Source: a virus. Taken from it: DNA of 64,000 bases. The notes under the pieces are model-generated. The model did not search any database. It saw only the letters and a list, made by a program, of their open reading frames with translations, and was not told the DNA's origin. The translations under genes and the position numbers were made by a program. Below, in pieces: positions 18,358 to 27,508 of the stretch. Positions within the stretch are counted from its first letter, which is position 1; each line of letters begins with the position of its first letter. The stretch covers positions 96,001 to 160,000 of IMG/VR virus record IMGVR_UViG_3300033143_002031; one strand, given 5' to 3'.

Positions 18358-19425
18358 ATGGCTACGTGGCGAGGAGTGTCGAGCAAACTCAGGGGGGCGA
18401 TGGTCATAGGAGCAATCCTCGTGGCCATTGCGGCTGGGGCGTCCGTGACCCCTTTTCTCGTGTCTTGCGAGGATACTGCGGAGGCTGGTCCGGACCTAGC
18501 ACGACAGCGCCAACTGGCGAGGGAGGACCGGGTTCGGGAGGCGGCCGAGTTCCGCCAGCAATGGGAGCGACACGAGCAGGAGAGGGAGGCTTGTTGGGCT
18601 CAGGAGGAGGAGGAGTCACGCCAGCGGTCGGAAGCCCTGGAGGCGGAGTTTGCGAAGGCGCCCCCAAAGCGTGTCCGCCGTGTTCGCAGGTTCCGATGGG
18701 AGTCGCCCGCAGAGAGGCGGGGCGAGATCTGGAATGTACCTGTCGAGGAGAGTCACGAGGCCCTTCTGACAGCCCTGCTCCGAGTGTGCATAGCCGAGGC
18801 CGACGGCAACCCCCAGGACTGCACAGGCATCTGGCAGGTGGTCAAGAACAACCGCCGCCGGTCCTGCGACCGGGGGATGATCCGACGCATCACAGAGTGC
18901 GTAGAGGGCGAAGGGGAGACCTACCTCTCGGCCCTACGGCGGCACCAGCGTCACGTGCTCGGGATGATCAAGGCCCAGAACCAACGCGCGATCTGGGTCG
19001 GCAAACTCACCCCCAACTGTGAGATGCCCGAGGGGTACCCGAAATCCGGGAACCACTGGGATTCGCACTACGGCTCGAAAGCCTGCCCCCAAGCCGTGGC
19101 TGACGCTCGCCGGCTGCTTGCTGGGAAGTTGCCCGAGTCGAGGCCAGGTCACCGTGTCCAGTGGTTGCCGGGGCGGCCTATCACGTGGGGAGGTCGCTGT
19201 GAGAGCGGCAAGGCGGCCTGCGACGATCAAATCGCGTGTTCCCGGGGGCTGGTACGCCTCCAAGGGACCAACACCCTGAATGCGTTCTGGAGACGCCCCA
19301 CCAGCCCAGAAGAGATCGACCCTGTCTGCTCTGAGATGGGGTACAAGGCTCCCAGCCCTCCTTCAGAAGTAGCAGAAACCGTGACCTCGATCGCGCCAGA
19401 AGATCCCTCCGACGAAAACTCTTGA
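18358..19425 (+). CDS. Membrane-anchored protein with SleB/Hydrolase_2-like cell-wall hydrolase motif
   Basis: TM/lipoprotein-like N-terminus; LLRVCIAEADG...TGIWQVVKNN resembles the LAR.I.AEA.G...AVA.VI.NR motif; SD AAGGAGG. Confidence 0.5.
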   Translation: MATWRGVSSKLRGAMVIGAILVAIAAGASVTPFLVSCEDTAEAGPDLARQRQLAREDRVREAAEFRQQWERHEQEREACWAQEEEESRQRSEALEAEFAKAPPKRVRRVRRFRWESPAERRGEIWNVPVEESHEALLTALLRVCIAEADGNPQDCTGIWQVVKNNRRRSCDRGMIRRITECVEGEGETYLSALRRHQRHVLGMIKAQNQRAIWVGKLTPNCEMPEGYPKSGNHWDSHYGSKACPQAVADARRLLAGKLPESRPGHRVQWLPGRPITWGGRCESGKAACDDQIACSRGLVRLQGTNTLNAFWRRPTSPEEIDPVCSEMGYKAPSPPSEVAETVTSIAPEDPSDENS

Positions 19426-19450
19426 CCCTTCGCCCCTTGGAGGGCAGTAT
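19422..19450 (+). promoter_or_regulatory. Probable promoter upstream of the structured RNA and initiator
   Basis: TTGACC-17-CAGTAT. Confidence 0.45.
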
Positions 19451-19535
19451 CGGTGGTCCTGATTCGGTGGCGGCCCAACTACCGGACGGGGATTTAGCAA
19501 TGACTATAAACTTTCTATGTGATAGAGTCCGTTTC

Positions 19536-19672
19536 AGCGCGAGCCCACTAGGAATTCGGGTTCGAGGATTGGCGTTGGCGTAAGCCACGCCCAAAGGCGC
19601 TCCACGCGCCGACGTCACATCGTCATTGCGTCCTCGTCTCCGTTGGGCCTCCTAGTGGGCTCGTGCTTTTTT
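19536..19672 (+). ncRNA. Candidate multi-stem structured RNA or attenuator ending in a U-tract
   Basis: 18-bp outer stem 19536-19553/19650-19667 (one G-U), inner stem 19563-19568/19631-19636, three hairpins (one with a GUAA tetraloop), followed by a T run. Confidence 0.65.
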
Positions 19673-19701
19673 ATGCGCGGGCCATGAGGGGGAGGTGGTC
19701 C

Positions 19702-19863
19702 GTGCTCTCTGATTTCTACTCCGCGCTCTACACCCACCCGGCTGCGCTCGACGCACTGCCCGTGATCGGTGTTGGCCCGAAGGTCGTCCTGGAGATCCTT
19801 CTACGTCACTCTCAGCCGACTGAGTTTGAAGGGGAGGAGGTGGAAGATGCGCGGGGGGTCTGA
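19702..19863 (+). CDS. Small protein, possible helix-hairpin-helix motif
   Basis: GTG 19702 after GGAGG; LDALPVIGVGPK; overlaps the initiator start. Confidence 0.45.
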   Translation: MLSDFYSALYTHPAALDALPVIGVGPKVVLEILLRHSQPTEFEGEEVEDARGV

Positions 19864-21268
19864 AAGCTACCTGATCAAGGACTCTGCCTTCTACCAGTCG
19901 AAGATGGCGGCGGCGCTCGGGGTAGACACCGTCGCCGTGTACGAAGAACTACGCGCTCACGTGTGGCGGTCGCGCTCCCGAGGCAACGGGAAGATGCGAG
20001 CCGAGGTCCGAAAGGGGCACCTCTCGGTCGGTATCCGTCGTCAGACCTTGGCCGACTCGACCGGCCTCTCTGTGAAGACCGTCCAGCGTCGCGTGAACCT
20101 GCTTCGAGAGATCGGTTGGGTTCGGTCTGAGAACGGTCAGCCCTTGGGTGGGGCTCTCGTCTACGAACTAGGCCACGTCATCCAAGGCGGCATGGAGGTC
20201 TTCTACGCGGATATGGACTGCCGGGAATTCTGTCTCTACTTGGAGGAGCTTGCAGACCGGACCGAAGAGCAGGTGTACAGCATCCCCGTGCTCGAACGGG
20301 TTCGGCTGGCGAAGGAGTGGGTCACGCGGAAGGACAGAGGTCTGTACCGAGCGAACGGGGGTGGGTCAGAGAGTCCCACCCCCTCGGTCACAGAGTCCCA
20401 CCTACCCCCGGGGGGTGGGTCAGAGAGTCCCTCTGTAATAGATAACCCTTCGGGAGAGAGAATAGATAAGTCCGAGGAATATGTAGGGCGCTGCGCGCCA
20501 ACACACTCGACCGGCCCCGAGCCAGAGCATTGGAATGACCCCGCCGGACAAGAACGTAGAAGAAGATCTCAAAAGAAGAAAAAAGATCAAGAAGGGAGTA
20601 GCGCTGAGTTTGCTATTGACTCTGCTCTTGACTCCAGGCAGGATGAGGATAGGTTCGCCCGCGCGGCGGAGGCGGGGACGATCGGCAAGACCAAGGCGGA
20701 CCATCAACAAGCGGCCAAGGTCGAGAAGGTGACGGAGCGATTGACAGCGAAGCGCACAGAGCAGGTCCAGAAGGGTGACGCCGATGAGCAGCGAGTCCGG
20801 AACCTGAAGGGTGGGACCAAGTTCACCCACGCCGTGCTCAAAGCCTCACGTTGCGCGTGGGACCTCTACACGACTCTGACCAAGGACAGCTACCCCATGC
20901 TGCCAGTGGTGCGATGGAACGCCGAGGGTAACGCGAAGGCGCGCGGGCAGATGTACCGTCTCGTGGATATGTATGGTGGCGATGCGGTGGAGCAGACGCT
21001 ACGCTTTGTGGTAGGCAATTGGGATTCGATCAATGTGCGCTTCTTCAAAAAGGGACCAGGAAGCGTCCCAAACTTCGCGCTGCTCCTCTCCATGCACGAG
21101 TCTCTGTTCCGAGAGGCCGCGATGTGGGGGGAGCATCGGGAGGTCATGGAGGAGTGGGAGGCGTGGCAGAGCGGTCACGAGGACGACGACGAGACGCCGC
21201 CCTCGGAGTTGCAGGGGCGGTATGAGACGGCGAGAACAGCGCTGGAGTCTCTTGGGCTCGGGAGTTGA
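19847..21268 (+). CDS. Replication initiator (wHTH, lambda O/DnaD-like architecture)
   Basis: SD GGAGGAGG; HTH RRQTLADSTGLSVKTVQRRVNLLREIGWV; internal direct repeats; directly followed by DnaC-like and DnaB genes. Confidence 0.75.
   Translation: MRGGSESYLIKDSAFYQSKMAAALGVDTVAVYEELRAHVWRSRSRGNGKMRAEVRKGHLSVGIRRQTLADSTGLSVKTVQRRVNLLREIGWVRSENGQPLGGALVYELGHVIQGGMEVFYADMDCREFCLYLEELADRTEEQVYSIPVLERVRLAKEWVTRKDRGLYRANGGGSESPTPSVTESHLPPGGGSESPSVIDNPSGERIDKSEEYVGRCAPTHSTGPEPEHWNDPAGQERRRRSQKKKKDQEGSSAEFAIDSALDSRQDEDRFARAAEAGTIGKTKADHQQAAKVEKVTERLTAKRTEQVQKGDADEQRVRNLKGGTKFTHAVLKASRCAWDLYTTLTKDSYPMLPVVRWNAEGNAKARGQMYRLVDMYGGDAVEQTLRFVVGNWDSINVRFFKKGPGSVPNFALLLSMHESLFREAAMWGEHREVMEEWEAWQSGHEDDDETPPSELQGRYETARTALESLGLGS
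20364..20431 (+). repeat. Iteron-like direct repeats within the initiator gene (candidate origin)
   Basis: GGTCA(G/C)AGAGTCCC at 20364, 20386 and 20418; followed by an A-rich tract with AATAGATAA twice (20438, 20461). Confidence 0.7.
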
Positions 21269-21286
21269 CGATGCCTGGAGGTCGGG

Positions 21287-21895
21287 ATGATCGACACGGC
21301 GCAATTCAGGAGAAAGCTAGGTCGTGTGGACCTGGAGCGCATGAACCTGCCGGAAGACCTCTGGCTGGCGAAAGTGCAGAACGTCAGCGACGAGGCTCGC
21401 GAGAAGGTCGAGACCTACCTCCGCAACGTGGACGAAGCTATGGCTCACGGAGCCGGGCTTGTCATCCACGGGTCGACGGGTACAGGCAAGACAGCCATCG
21501 CCTCCCTCATTGCGAAGGAGGCCCGCTCGCGCGGGTATACGGCCCTGTTCGTTCGCCTCTGGGAGCTACGCGAGATGATCCGCTCCCGCATGAAGTACGA
21601 CGACGACTCGTCCATGGCGCAGCGTGCCCGAGAGGTCGAAGTGCTTGTCCTAGACGATCTGCGTCAAGAGGACGCTGGCGAGAAGTTTTTCACGTTCTCC
21701 GAGATCAACGAATTGGTCCGGTACCGAGCGTCTCGGCGCCGCGTGACGCTCCTCACGACACGGCTCGACAAGGGCGCGCTCACTGGCCCGCCGATGAACT
21801 CGCTGTTGGATGTTTTGCTCTTGTTCAAGGTGTCCGGTCCGAACCTGCACGACAGCCGGAAGCAAGCAGTAAAAGAAGCGGTCCTCGGGACCTGA
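21287..21895 (+). CDS. DnaC/IstB-like helicase-loader ATPase
   Basis: Walker A GSTGTGKT, Walker B LVLDDL, E..RYR..TLLTT. Confidence 0.85.
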   Translation: MIDTAQFRRKLGRVDLERMNLPEDLWLAKVQNVSDEAREKVETYLRNVDEAMAHGAGLVIHGSTGTGKTAIASLIAKEARSRGYTALFVRLWELREMIRSRMKYDDDSSMAQRAREVEVLVLDDLRQEDAGEKFFTFSEINELVRYRASRRRVTLLTTRLDKGALTGPPMNSLLDVLLLFKVSGPNLHDSRKQAVKEAVLGT

Positions 21896-21916
21896 GACGT
21901 TAGGTGGGGGTAGGGC

Positions 21917-23314
21917 GTGGACCTTGACACGATCTTTGTCGCTAGTGCGCTGAAAGCGGGGCACAGCACCGTTCGTCTCGCTATCGAGAAGGGCGTCGAT
22001 GAGGAGTGCCTTTCGGGGCAGGGTCTCACGGCCTGGAAGTGCGTTCTCGACTACCTGAAGCAGTACAGCGCCGTTCCGGACCCTGCGTTCGTGGAGGGCA
22101 AGACCGGCGTAAAACTCGACGATCCCCCACCCGGGACACCACCGGAGGTCTGGATAGACGAGGTTCTCAACCGCCGGCTCCACAACGCGATCGGGGACCA
22201 ACTGCTAGCCATCACCAAGCACTTCGAGGCGCGGGACCCCCAGGCGGCCTATGCGGAGTACGAGGACGGCATCCGGGAGCTACGGAAGCTGGGGGTCGCC
22301 ACGGCGAAGACCGTGAGCCTGCCGTCCCTCGGTCCGGAGTTCCTGGAGTACTACGACAAGATCAAGGCCGGCTACCGGGGCATCCTCACGCCGTGGCCGA
22401 CGATCAATGAGTCAACCCTCGGCTTCTGGCCGGAAGATTTCGTTCTGTACGTCGCCCGCCTCGGGGTCGGCAAGACATGGGCTCTGGCAATCATCGCCGA
22501 CCACGTATGGTCGGTCCAGAAGAAGCGAGTGCTCTTCGCCACGACCGAGATGTCCCAACTGTCGATCATTCGTCGCTGGCTCGCGATCCATTTCAGATAC
22601 CCGTACAACGACCTCCGGAAGGGCTTGCTGAGTGCGTTCGCCGAGCAGAGGATGCGCGACGAACTCGTCACCTTGGCACAAGAGGAGGGGCTCTACATCA
22701 TTGGAGGTGACTTCGACTTCAGGATCGAGAGCCTGGAAGCGGCGATCGAGGAGTGCGAGCCGGACGTGGTGTTCATGGACGGGGCATACCTTCTGAAGGT
22801 CAAGGGCGAGGGGCGTATCGAGAAGGCGGCCAACTCGTTCGACGAACTGAAGCGGGTGGCGAAGCGGAACCACCTTCCGCTCGTGGCCTCGACTCAGTTC
22901 AACCGCGAGGTGAAGGGGAACAATCTCTCGTCTGCCGGCCCTGAGAAGATCGCCCTGTCCGACGCGGCAGGCTGGAACGCCGACCTCATCTTCGGGCTCC
23001 TCCGGACGGACGACATGAAGCGGGACCGGAGGATGGTCCAGCTACCCCTGAAGTTCCGGGAGGGGGAAGGCGAGGAGATCGAGACCCACTGGGACTTCGA
23101 TACCATGTGCTTCGATGAGCTACCCAAGGGCGCACAGGCGGCCGTAGCGGGCGCGGGAGGGGCTGGAGGGGCCGGAGGGCCTGGAGGCGGTCAGGGAGGC
23201 GCAGGAGGCGGCTCAGGCGGCTCAGGCGGCGGTTCTGGGTCTGATCCCGACCCCTACGGTTCTGGGCTCCTGTTCAAGGACGACGACAACACGAAGGACC
23301 AGGTGCCTTTCTGA
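21917..23314 (+). CDS. dnaB: Replicative DnaB-like helicase with Gly-rich acidic tail
   Basis: ARLGVGKT, FATTEMS, FMDGAYL, STQFNR, DAAGWNAD; tail ends DDDNTKDQVPF. Confidence 0.88.
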   Translation: MDLDTIFVASALKAGHSTVRLAIEKGVDEECLSGQGLTAWKCVLDYLKQYSAVPDPAFVEGKTGVKLDDPPPGTPPEVWIDEVLNRRLHNAIGDQLLAITKHFEARDPQAAYAEYEDGIRELRKLGVATAKTVSLPSLGPEFLEYYDKIKAGYRGILTPWPTINESTLGFWPEDFVLYVARLGVGKTWALAIIADHVWSVQKKRVLFATTEMSQLSIIRRWLAIHFRYPYNDLRKGLLSAFAEQRMRDELVTLAQEEGLYIIGGDFDFRIESLEAAIEECEPDVVFMDGAYLLKVKGEGRIEKAANSFDELKRVAKRNHLPLVASTQFNREVKGNNLSSAGPEKIALSDAAGWNADLIFGLLRTDDMKRDRRMVQLPLKFREGEGEEIETHWDFDTMCFDELPKGAQAAVAGAGGAGGAGGPGGGQGGAGGGSGGSGGGSGSDPDPYGSGLLFKDDDNTKDQVPF

Positions 23315-23315
23315 T

Positions 23316-23777
23316 ATGCCTGCGAAGCAGATACCAGTCCTGGTCAAGCACTGCGCGCTCGCGATCTACAAGAGCGGCTACTGCACCGGAACCAAGGTCG
23401 AGCGCGTACAGGAGTCGCTGGACATTGCTGTCAGCCGACTCATCGAATACGGATTTCTATGGAAGAATTCTGGGAAGGTCACCCCGGAGAAGATCAAACT
23501 CAAGACCAAGGGGCAGAAGGCCGAGAACCGCCACCGACGGGAGAAGGGCGGCAGCGTCAAGACGCAAGCGTGGAATGCCCTGTACGTGCTGATCAAGGAA
23601 GAGGTTGAGGAGCCCGAGGGTTCGGGCGCCACGTCAGAGGATGCGGAGCCTGTGACGGAAGAGCCTCACGAGAGCCGGAAGCTACAAAGACGACGACGCC
23701 TGGCAAAGGTGGCTCGCTCCTCGGCGCGCAGGCAGCCGAAGAGGGTGAAGCGAGCCAAGCGGGCCAAGCGAAGGTGA
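23316..23777 (+). CDS. Basic hypothetical protein
   Basis: Lies between dnaB and dnaG; Arg/Lys-rich C-terminus. Confidence 0.65.
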   Translation: MPAKQIPVLVKHCALAIYKSGYCTGTKVERVQESLDIAVSRLIEYGFLWKNSGKVTPEKIKLKTKGQKAENRHRREKGGSVKTQAWNALYVLIKEEVEEPEGSGATSEDAEPVTEEPHESRKLQRRRRLAKVARSSARRQPKRVKRAKRAKRR

Positions 23778-23781
23778 GGAC

Positions 23782-24945
23782 ATGGACGTTGGCGAGATCC
23801 GGTATTTCCTGAGCGCGCTCAGGTGCCAGAAGATTTCTGTCGGGGCGAAGTGGGTGCGCTCGACGTGCCCTATGACCCACCTCCATAGCGGGGGTAAGGA
23901 TCGGCAGCCGTCGTTTGCCATCTCGATCAACCCTGGGGACGAGAGCAATTGTCGGTGCCAGGCGTGTGGTATCTACGGAGGGCTCCTCCCGCTCGTGTGG
24001 CGCCTGAGCGTGGAGGGGCGACGACCCAAGCCCGACCTCTTCGACTATCTGGTCAAGCACAATAAGATCGACGTCGAGAAGTTCGATCTCGATCTCCCTG
24101 AGCCGGCCGCCAACGACCTCGAAGGACGGATACGCGCGGCTCGCAAGTACGCCGCCGGACCGACGCGCAAGAGTAAGTTCGTCCATCCGGACGACGAACC
24201 ACAGGCCGAGGTTCCCGAGCACGTCCTGAAGAAGATGATCGAGGACATGCCGGACTACGTGCGGGAGTACCTGACACGGCAGGACGACCCGCTCATGGGC
24301 GTCAAGGGCCGGAGGCTCTCGGACCTGACTGTCGTGGAGTGGGAACTCGGCTGGCACAGCTTCAAGCACCGCATCGCCATTCCGATTCGCGATGAAGATG
24401 GCAAACTCGTCTCGATCAGTGGGCGTACCTTCGATGACAGCGTGTGTTCTTTCTGTGGGGCCTCCGTCGTGAAGAAGGAATGCACGCGGTGCGGGAAGTC
24501 CCCTCCTCCGAAGTACTTGCACAGCCCGTTCAAGCGGGACCGCGTTCTGTTCGGGGGGCACAAGCACGATTCCAGCATCCGGACTGGCTACCTTTTTGAG
24601 GGCTTTTTCCAGACGATCTACACCTGGCAGTGCGGCTACCAGAACACCCTTGCGCGCATGGGTACGCACCTGAGCCGGCAGCAGTCGGAGAAGCTGGTGC
24701 GCTGGTTCGATCACCTGGTCATCGTTCCGGATGCGGACAAGGCTGGGACGGAGGCTGCCGAGCGCGACCGGCTCGCCCTTCGAGACTTGGAATTCCCTGG
24801 GCGGCCGTTCGACCCTCCAGGCAAGGGTGGGAACACCTTCCGAATCGAACAGATCGACATCGTTGACCTACCTGGCAAGGGGGACATCGACGCTCGAAAA
24901 CCCGAGGAAGTGCAGTCACTTCTAGGGCCACGAAATACCGCTTGA
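23782..24945 (+). CDS. dnaG: DNA primase (DnaG-like)
   Basis: Zn-binding CP..H...SF.I...C..C; RIAIPIRD..G..V..SGR; KYLHS; TOPRIM FEG and PDAD.AG. Confidence 0.88.
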   Translation: MDVGEIRYFLSALRCQKISVGAKWVRSTCPMTHLHSGGKDRQPSFAISINPGDESNCRCQACGIYGGLLPLVWRLSVEGRRPKPDLFDYLVKHNKIDVEKFDLDLPEPAANDLEGRIRAARKYAAGPTRKSKFVHPDDEPQAEVPEHVLKKMIEDMPDYVREYLTRQDDPLMGVKGRRLSDLTVVEWELGWHSFKHRIAIPIRDEDGKLVSISGRTFDDSVCSFCGASVVKKECTRCGKSPPPKYLHSPFKRDRVLFGGHKHDSSIRTGYLFEGFFQTIYTWQCGYQNTLARMGTHLSRQQSEKLVRWFDHLVIVPDADKAGTEAAERDRLALRDLEFPGRPFDPPGKGGNTFRIEQIDIVDLPGKGDIDARKPEEVQSLLGPRNTA

Positions 24946-24970
24946 CAATCGGATCGCTATTAGGTAGTTT
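24942..24970 (+). promoter_or_regulatory. Sigma70-type promoter
   Basis: TTGACA-17-TAGTTT; two small hairpins in the leader. Confidence 0.65.
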
Positions 24971-25019
24971 TCGAGTTGCCGTGTAGGCAATTGATGGCCT
25001 TGGGCCAGGAGGAAGTAGC

Positions 25020-25718
25020 ATGACTGTCCGGACGAATTCGGTCCAAACCTGCGACCGATGTGAGAAGCCTTTCAACGAAAAGCACCTGAAAGCGGCCGAC
25101 GTCGTGCCGACTTTCAAACAGCATGGTCTCGTCGTCACGGAGACCAAGGGGACGAACAAGGACCCGGAGCCGAAGTTCACTGTGGTCATTTCCTTTGACG
25201 ACATGTGCCCCGACTGCCAGAAGGCGATCGACAACCTGATCGCGAAGATGCGTTTGGACGGGAAGAAGAAGCGCGGCCCGGCGAAGAAGCGCGGCGAGAA
25301 GAAGCCCGAGGAGAAGAAGCCTCCGAAGACCCCGGAGTACTCCGAGAACCCGGAGGACGACCCAGCGAAGGCCGAGGGCGAGACCGTGAAGGAGACGGCA
25401 GAGAAGGTCGAGAAGGCCGCCGAAAAGGCGACCGAGACCGGAGAGCCGCAGGTTACGGCGGTGCAGGGTGAGGAGGAGCCCGAGAACCCGGAGGAGCCCC
25501 CAGCCGATGCGCCCGCCGAAAACTCCGAGCCCGAGGAACCAGAACTCGCGAATGAGCCAGGCGAGACCTCGGATGGGGACAACGGTGCGGAAGCGACTTC
25601 CGAGACCGATGACGGGCTCGTGGAAGACCCCTTGACGGGCGACAGGTACGACCCAGAGACGGGGGAGGTCAAGGTGCGGGGGAACAAGGGACAGAACGGG
25701 GAGAAGCACCCCTTCTAG
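25020..25718 (+). CDS. Zn-binding protein with Lys-rich and long acidic disordered tail
   Basis: CDRC...CPDC, KKKRGPAKKRGEKK, E/P-rich tail ending HPF. Confidence 0.7.
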   Translation: MTVRTNSVQTCDRCEKPFNEKHLKAADVVPTFKQHGLVVTETKGTNKDPEPKFTVVISFDDMCPDCQKAIDNLIAKMRLDGKKKRGPAKKRGEKKPEEKKPPKTPEYSENPEDDPAKAEGETVKETAEKVEKAAEKATETGEPQVTAVQGEEEPENPEEPPADAPAENSEPEEPELANEPGETSDGDNGAEATSETDDGLVEDPLTGDRYDPETGEVKVRGNKGQNGEKHPF

Positions 25719-25763
25719 GCCGGATGGCCACATAACGATCATGTAGATCGAGAGGAGAGAATC

Positions 25764-26564
25764 ATGGGCGACGGATCATGGTACGACACTGGGTTTGAGG
25801 GGATCAGCGGCGAAGAGGCCGCACTCGACGCCGCGCAGGGACCGCACCGCTTGTGGATTCCCGGTGGGGCATCCAAGGACACCGTGTGGGTTGATGACGA
25901 GCCGGTTTGCGTGCACGAGCACAACCCCAAGATGAACGGCAACTACCGCAACTGGCTCACCTGTCAGCAGGGAGTTTACGACGAGGTGGTGTGCTGCCAG
26001 AAGCTCGGTCCGAGGGGCCGCTACTACGTCGGGTACCTCACGGCGGTGGACTGCTCCGAGTGGACGGATCAGCGTGGGAACAAGCACCAGTACGAGATGC
26101 GGCTGGTGCCGATGAAGCTGCGCTCCCTGAAGAAGTTCCGCCGGAAGAAGGAAGACCGGGGCTCGATGGTCGGGACGATGTGGAAGATGAACCGCGAGGA
26201 CGACAACGCGGCGAGCATCGGCGACGACTGGGACTTCCAGCGCGATATCGACATGGAGAAGATGTTCGATTTCGTGAACTACCGTGGCACCAAGTTGTCC
26301 GAACTCTGGGAGCAGGCCGAGGCCGACCCGGAGGTCATGGCACGGGTCACGCGGACCTTCCAGGTCAAGCCGGATGAGGAGGGCAAACTCCCTCGTGTCG
26401 TCCCGGCGTTCAACTACATGGAGGTCTTGAAGCCGAAGACCCCGAAGGATCTGCGTCTGCTCCTCGGCGCCGTCCAAGAGGACGACGAAGACAACAAGCG
26501 AGGCGCGTCGGGTGGCGGGGGTGGCGGGGGTGGAGCCTCGAAGGAGGACAAGGTTCCGTTCTAA
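25764..26564 (+). CDS. Putative gp32-like single-stranded DNA-binding protein
   Basis: HxH..C..CC putative Zn site; Gly-rich acidic tail ending EDKVPF; located in the replication block. Confidence 0.6.
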   Translation: MGDGSWYDTGFEGISGEEAALDAAQGPHRLWIPGGASKDTVWVDDEPVCVHEHNPKMNGNYRNWLTCQQGVYDEVVCCQKLGPRGRYYVGYLTAVDCSEWTDQRGNKHQYEMRLVPMKLRSLKKFRRKKEDRGSMVGTMWKMNREDDNAASIGDDWDFQRDIDMEKMFDFVNYRGTKLSELWEQAEADPEVMARVTRTFQVKPDEEGKLPRVVPAFNYMEVLKPKTPKDLRLLLGAVQEDDEDNKRGASGGGGGGGGASKEDKVPF

Positions 26565-26572
26565 AAGGGTAC

Positions 26573-26601
26573 TTGTAGTCTCGTCGGGAGGGCGCTAGTC
26601 T
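26573..26601 (+). promoter_or_regulatory. Promoter for a probably leaderless HNH transcript
   Basis: TTGTAG-17-TAGTCT, then 6 nt to ATG 26608. Confidence 0.5.
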
Positions 26602-26607
26602 GGTTGC

Positions 26608-27039
26608 ATGGAAGAGCAGAAAACATGCTTCAAGTGCGGCCGGGCGAGGCCCCTCGACGAGTTCTACCAGCACCCGGAGACGGCCGACGGACGTCTCAAC
26701 AAGTGTAAGGAGTGCGCGAAGGCTGATGTTCGAGGCAACTACAGGAAGACTCGTAAGAAGCGGCAGGGGTACGAGCGGAAGCGCGAACAGTCCCCTGAGC
26801 GGCGAGCGAAGAAGCGGGAGTACGCCAGGAGAGCCCGGCAAGCTCACCCTGAGAAGTACAGGGCGAACACAGCCATCAACAATGCAATCCGAGACGGCAA
26901 GGTGGTGCGGGGGTCTTGTGAAGCGGAAGGGTGCGAACGACCGGCCGAGGCACATCATGAGGACTACTCGAAGCCCTTGGAGGTGCGGTGGCTTTGTCGG
27001 AAGCACCATCGAGCGGAGCATGGACAGGTAGCGGATTGA
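26608..27039 (+). CDS. HNH-like endonuclease with N-terminal zinc finger
   Basis: CFKC...EFY..CKEC; AHHEDYSKPLEVRWLCRKHH. Confidence 0.8.
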   Translation: MEEQKTCFKCGRARPLDEFYQHPETADGRLNKCKECAKADVRGNYRKTRKKRQGYERKREQSPERRAKKREYARRARQAHPEKYRANTAINNAIRDGKVVRGSCEAEGCERPAEAHHEDYSKPLEVRWLCRKHHRAEHGQVAD

Positions 27040-27060
27040 CGGGCCTACGCCCCCGGGCCT

Positions 27061-27238
27061 TCCTCGGTTCGACCATCCGAGGAGAAGCAGGATGCTGTAG
27101 GGGGCACTTGATCGGGTTGGAGTCGAGGGCAGGGAACAGTGGTGGGGCAACCGCGCCATGGAGCGGCCACTCGGCCCCCCTGCTAGCGGCGATCAGTGGG
27201 CGACTCCTGCTGCGGGTCCGGGTGGAGGCGCAGCACCC
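27061..27238 (+). ncRNA. Candidate structured intergenic RNA
   Basis: Hairpin 27061-27083; nested stems 27086-92/27205-11, 27105-14/27190-98, 27129-34/27178-83, 27138-42/27167-71; apical GCAA tetraloop. Confidence 0.4.
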
Positions 27239-27241
27239 CTA

Positions 27242-27256
27242 GCGACCATTGGTCGC
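27242..27256. promoter_or_regulatory. 15-bp palindromic operator-like site, copy 2
   Basis: GCGACCA-T-TGGTCGC, directly abutting the AGGAG SD of the gene at 27263. Confidence 0.7.
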
Positions 27257-27262
27257 AGGAGA

Positions 27263-27505
27263 ATGATGGACGACACGACCCCCAAACTCCGATTCGTCCG
27301 GCTCTATCTGGGCAAGAGCAAGATGGATGTTGCTCTGGACGACCCGCTCTCGGAGAAGCCTCGACTGGTGAAATACAACTGGAAAGCCCTGGAGGCCAAG
27401 GACGTGCCTCCGGACATCTGGCACGAGGCTGTGCTCCGGGAGGTCCAGCACCAGCGGGGGTTGGAGCACAGGCGGCGGACGGGGCGAGCGTTGCCCGGGG
27501 AGTAG
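27263..27505 (+). CDS. Hypothetical protein
   Basis: ATG 27263 after AGGAG. Confidence 0.6.
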   Translation: MMDDTTPKLRFVRLYLGKSKMDVALDDPLSEKPRLVKYNWKALEAKDVPPDIWHEAVLREVQHQRGLEHRRRTGRALPGE

Positions 27506-27508
27506 ACC

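Noticed and set aside
19560-19610. GNRA hairpin plus CAAAG suggesting a c-di-GMP-I riboswitch
   Set aside because: The characteristic GG(C/U)AAAC and GACGCAAAGC segments are not present; kept only as an unclassified structured RNA.
27061-27083. GGTTCGA resembling a tRNA T-loop (also GGGTTCGA near 19558)
   Set aside because: Loop length is wrong, and no acceptor, D or anticodon arm or CCA end can be built.
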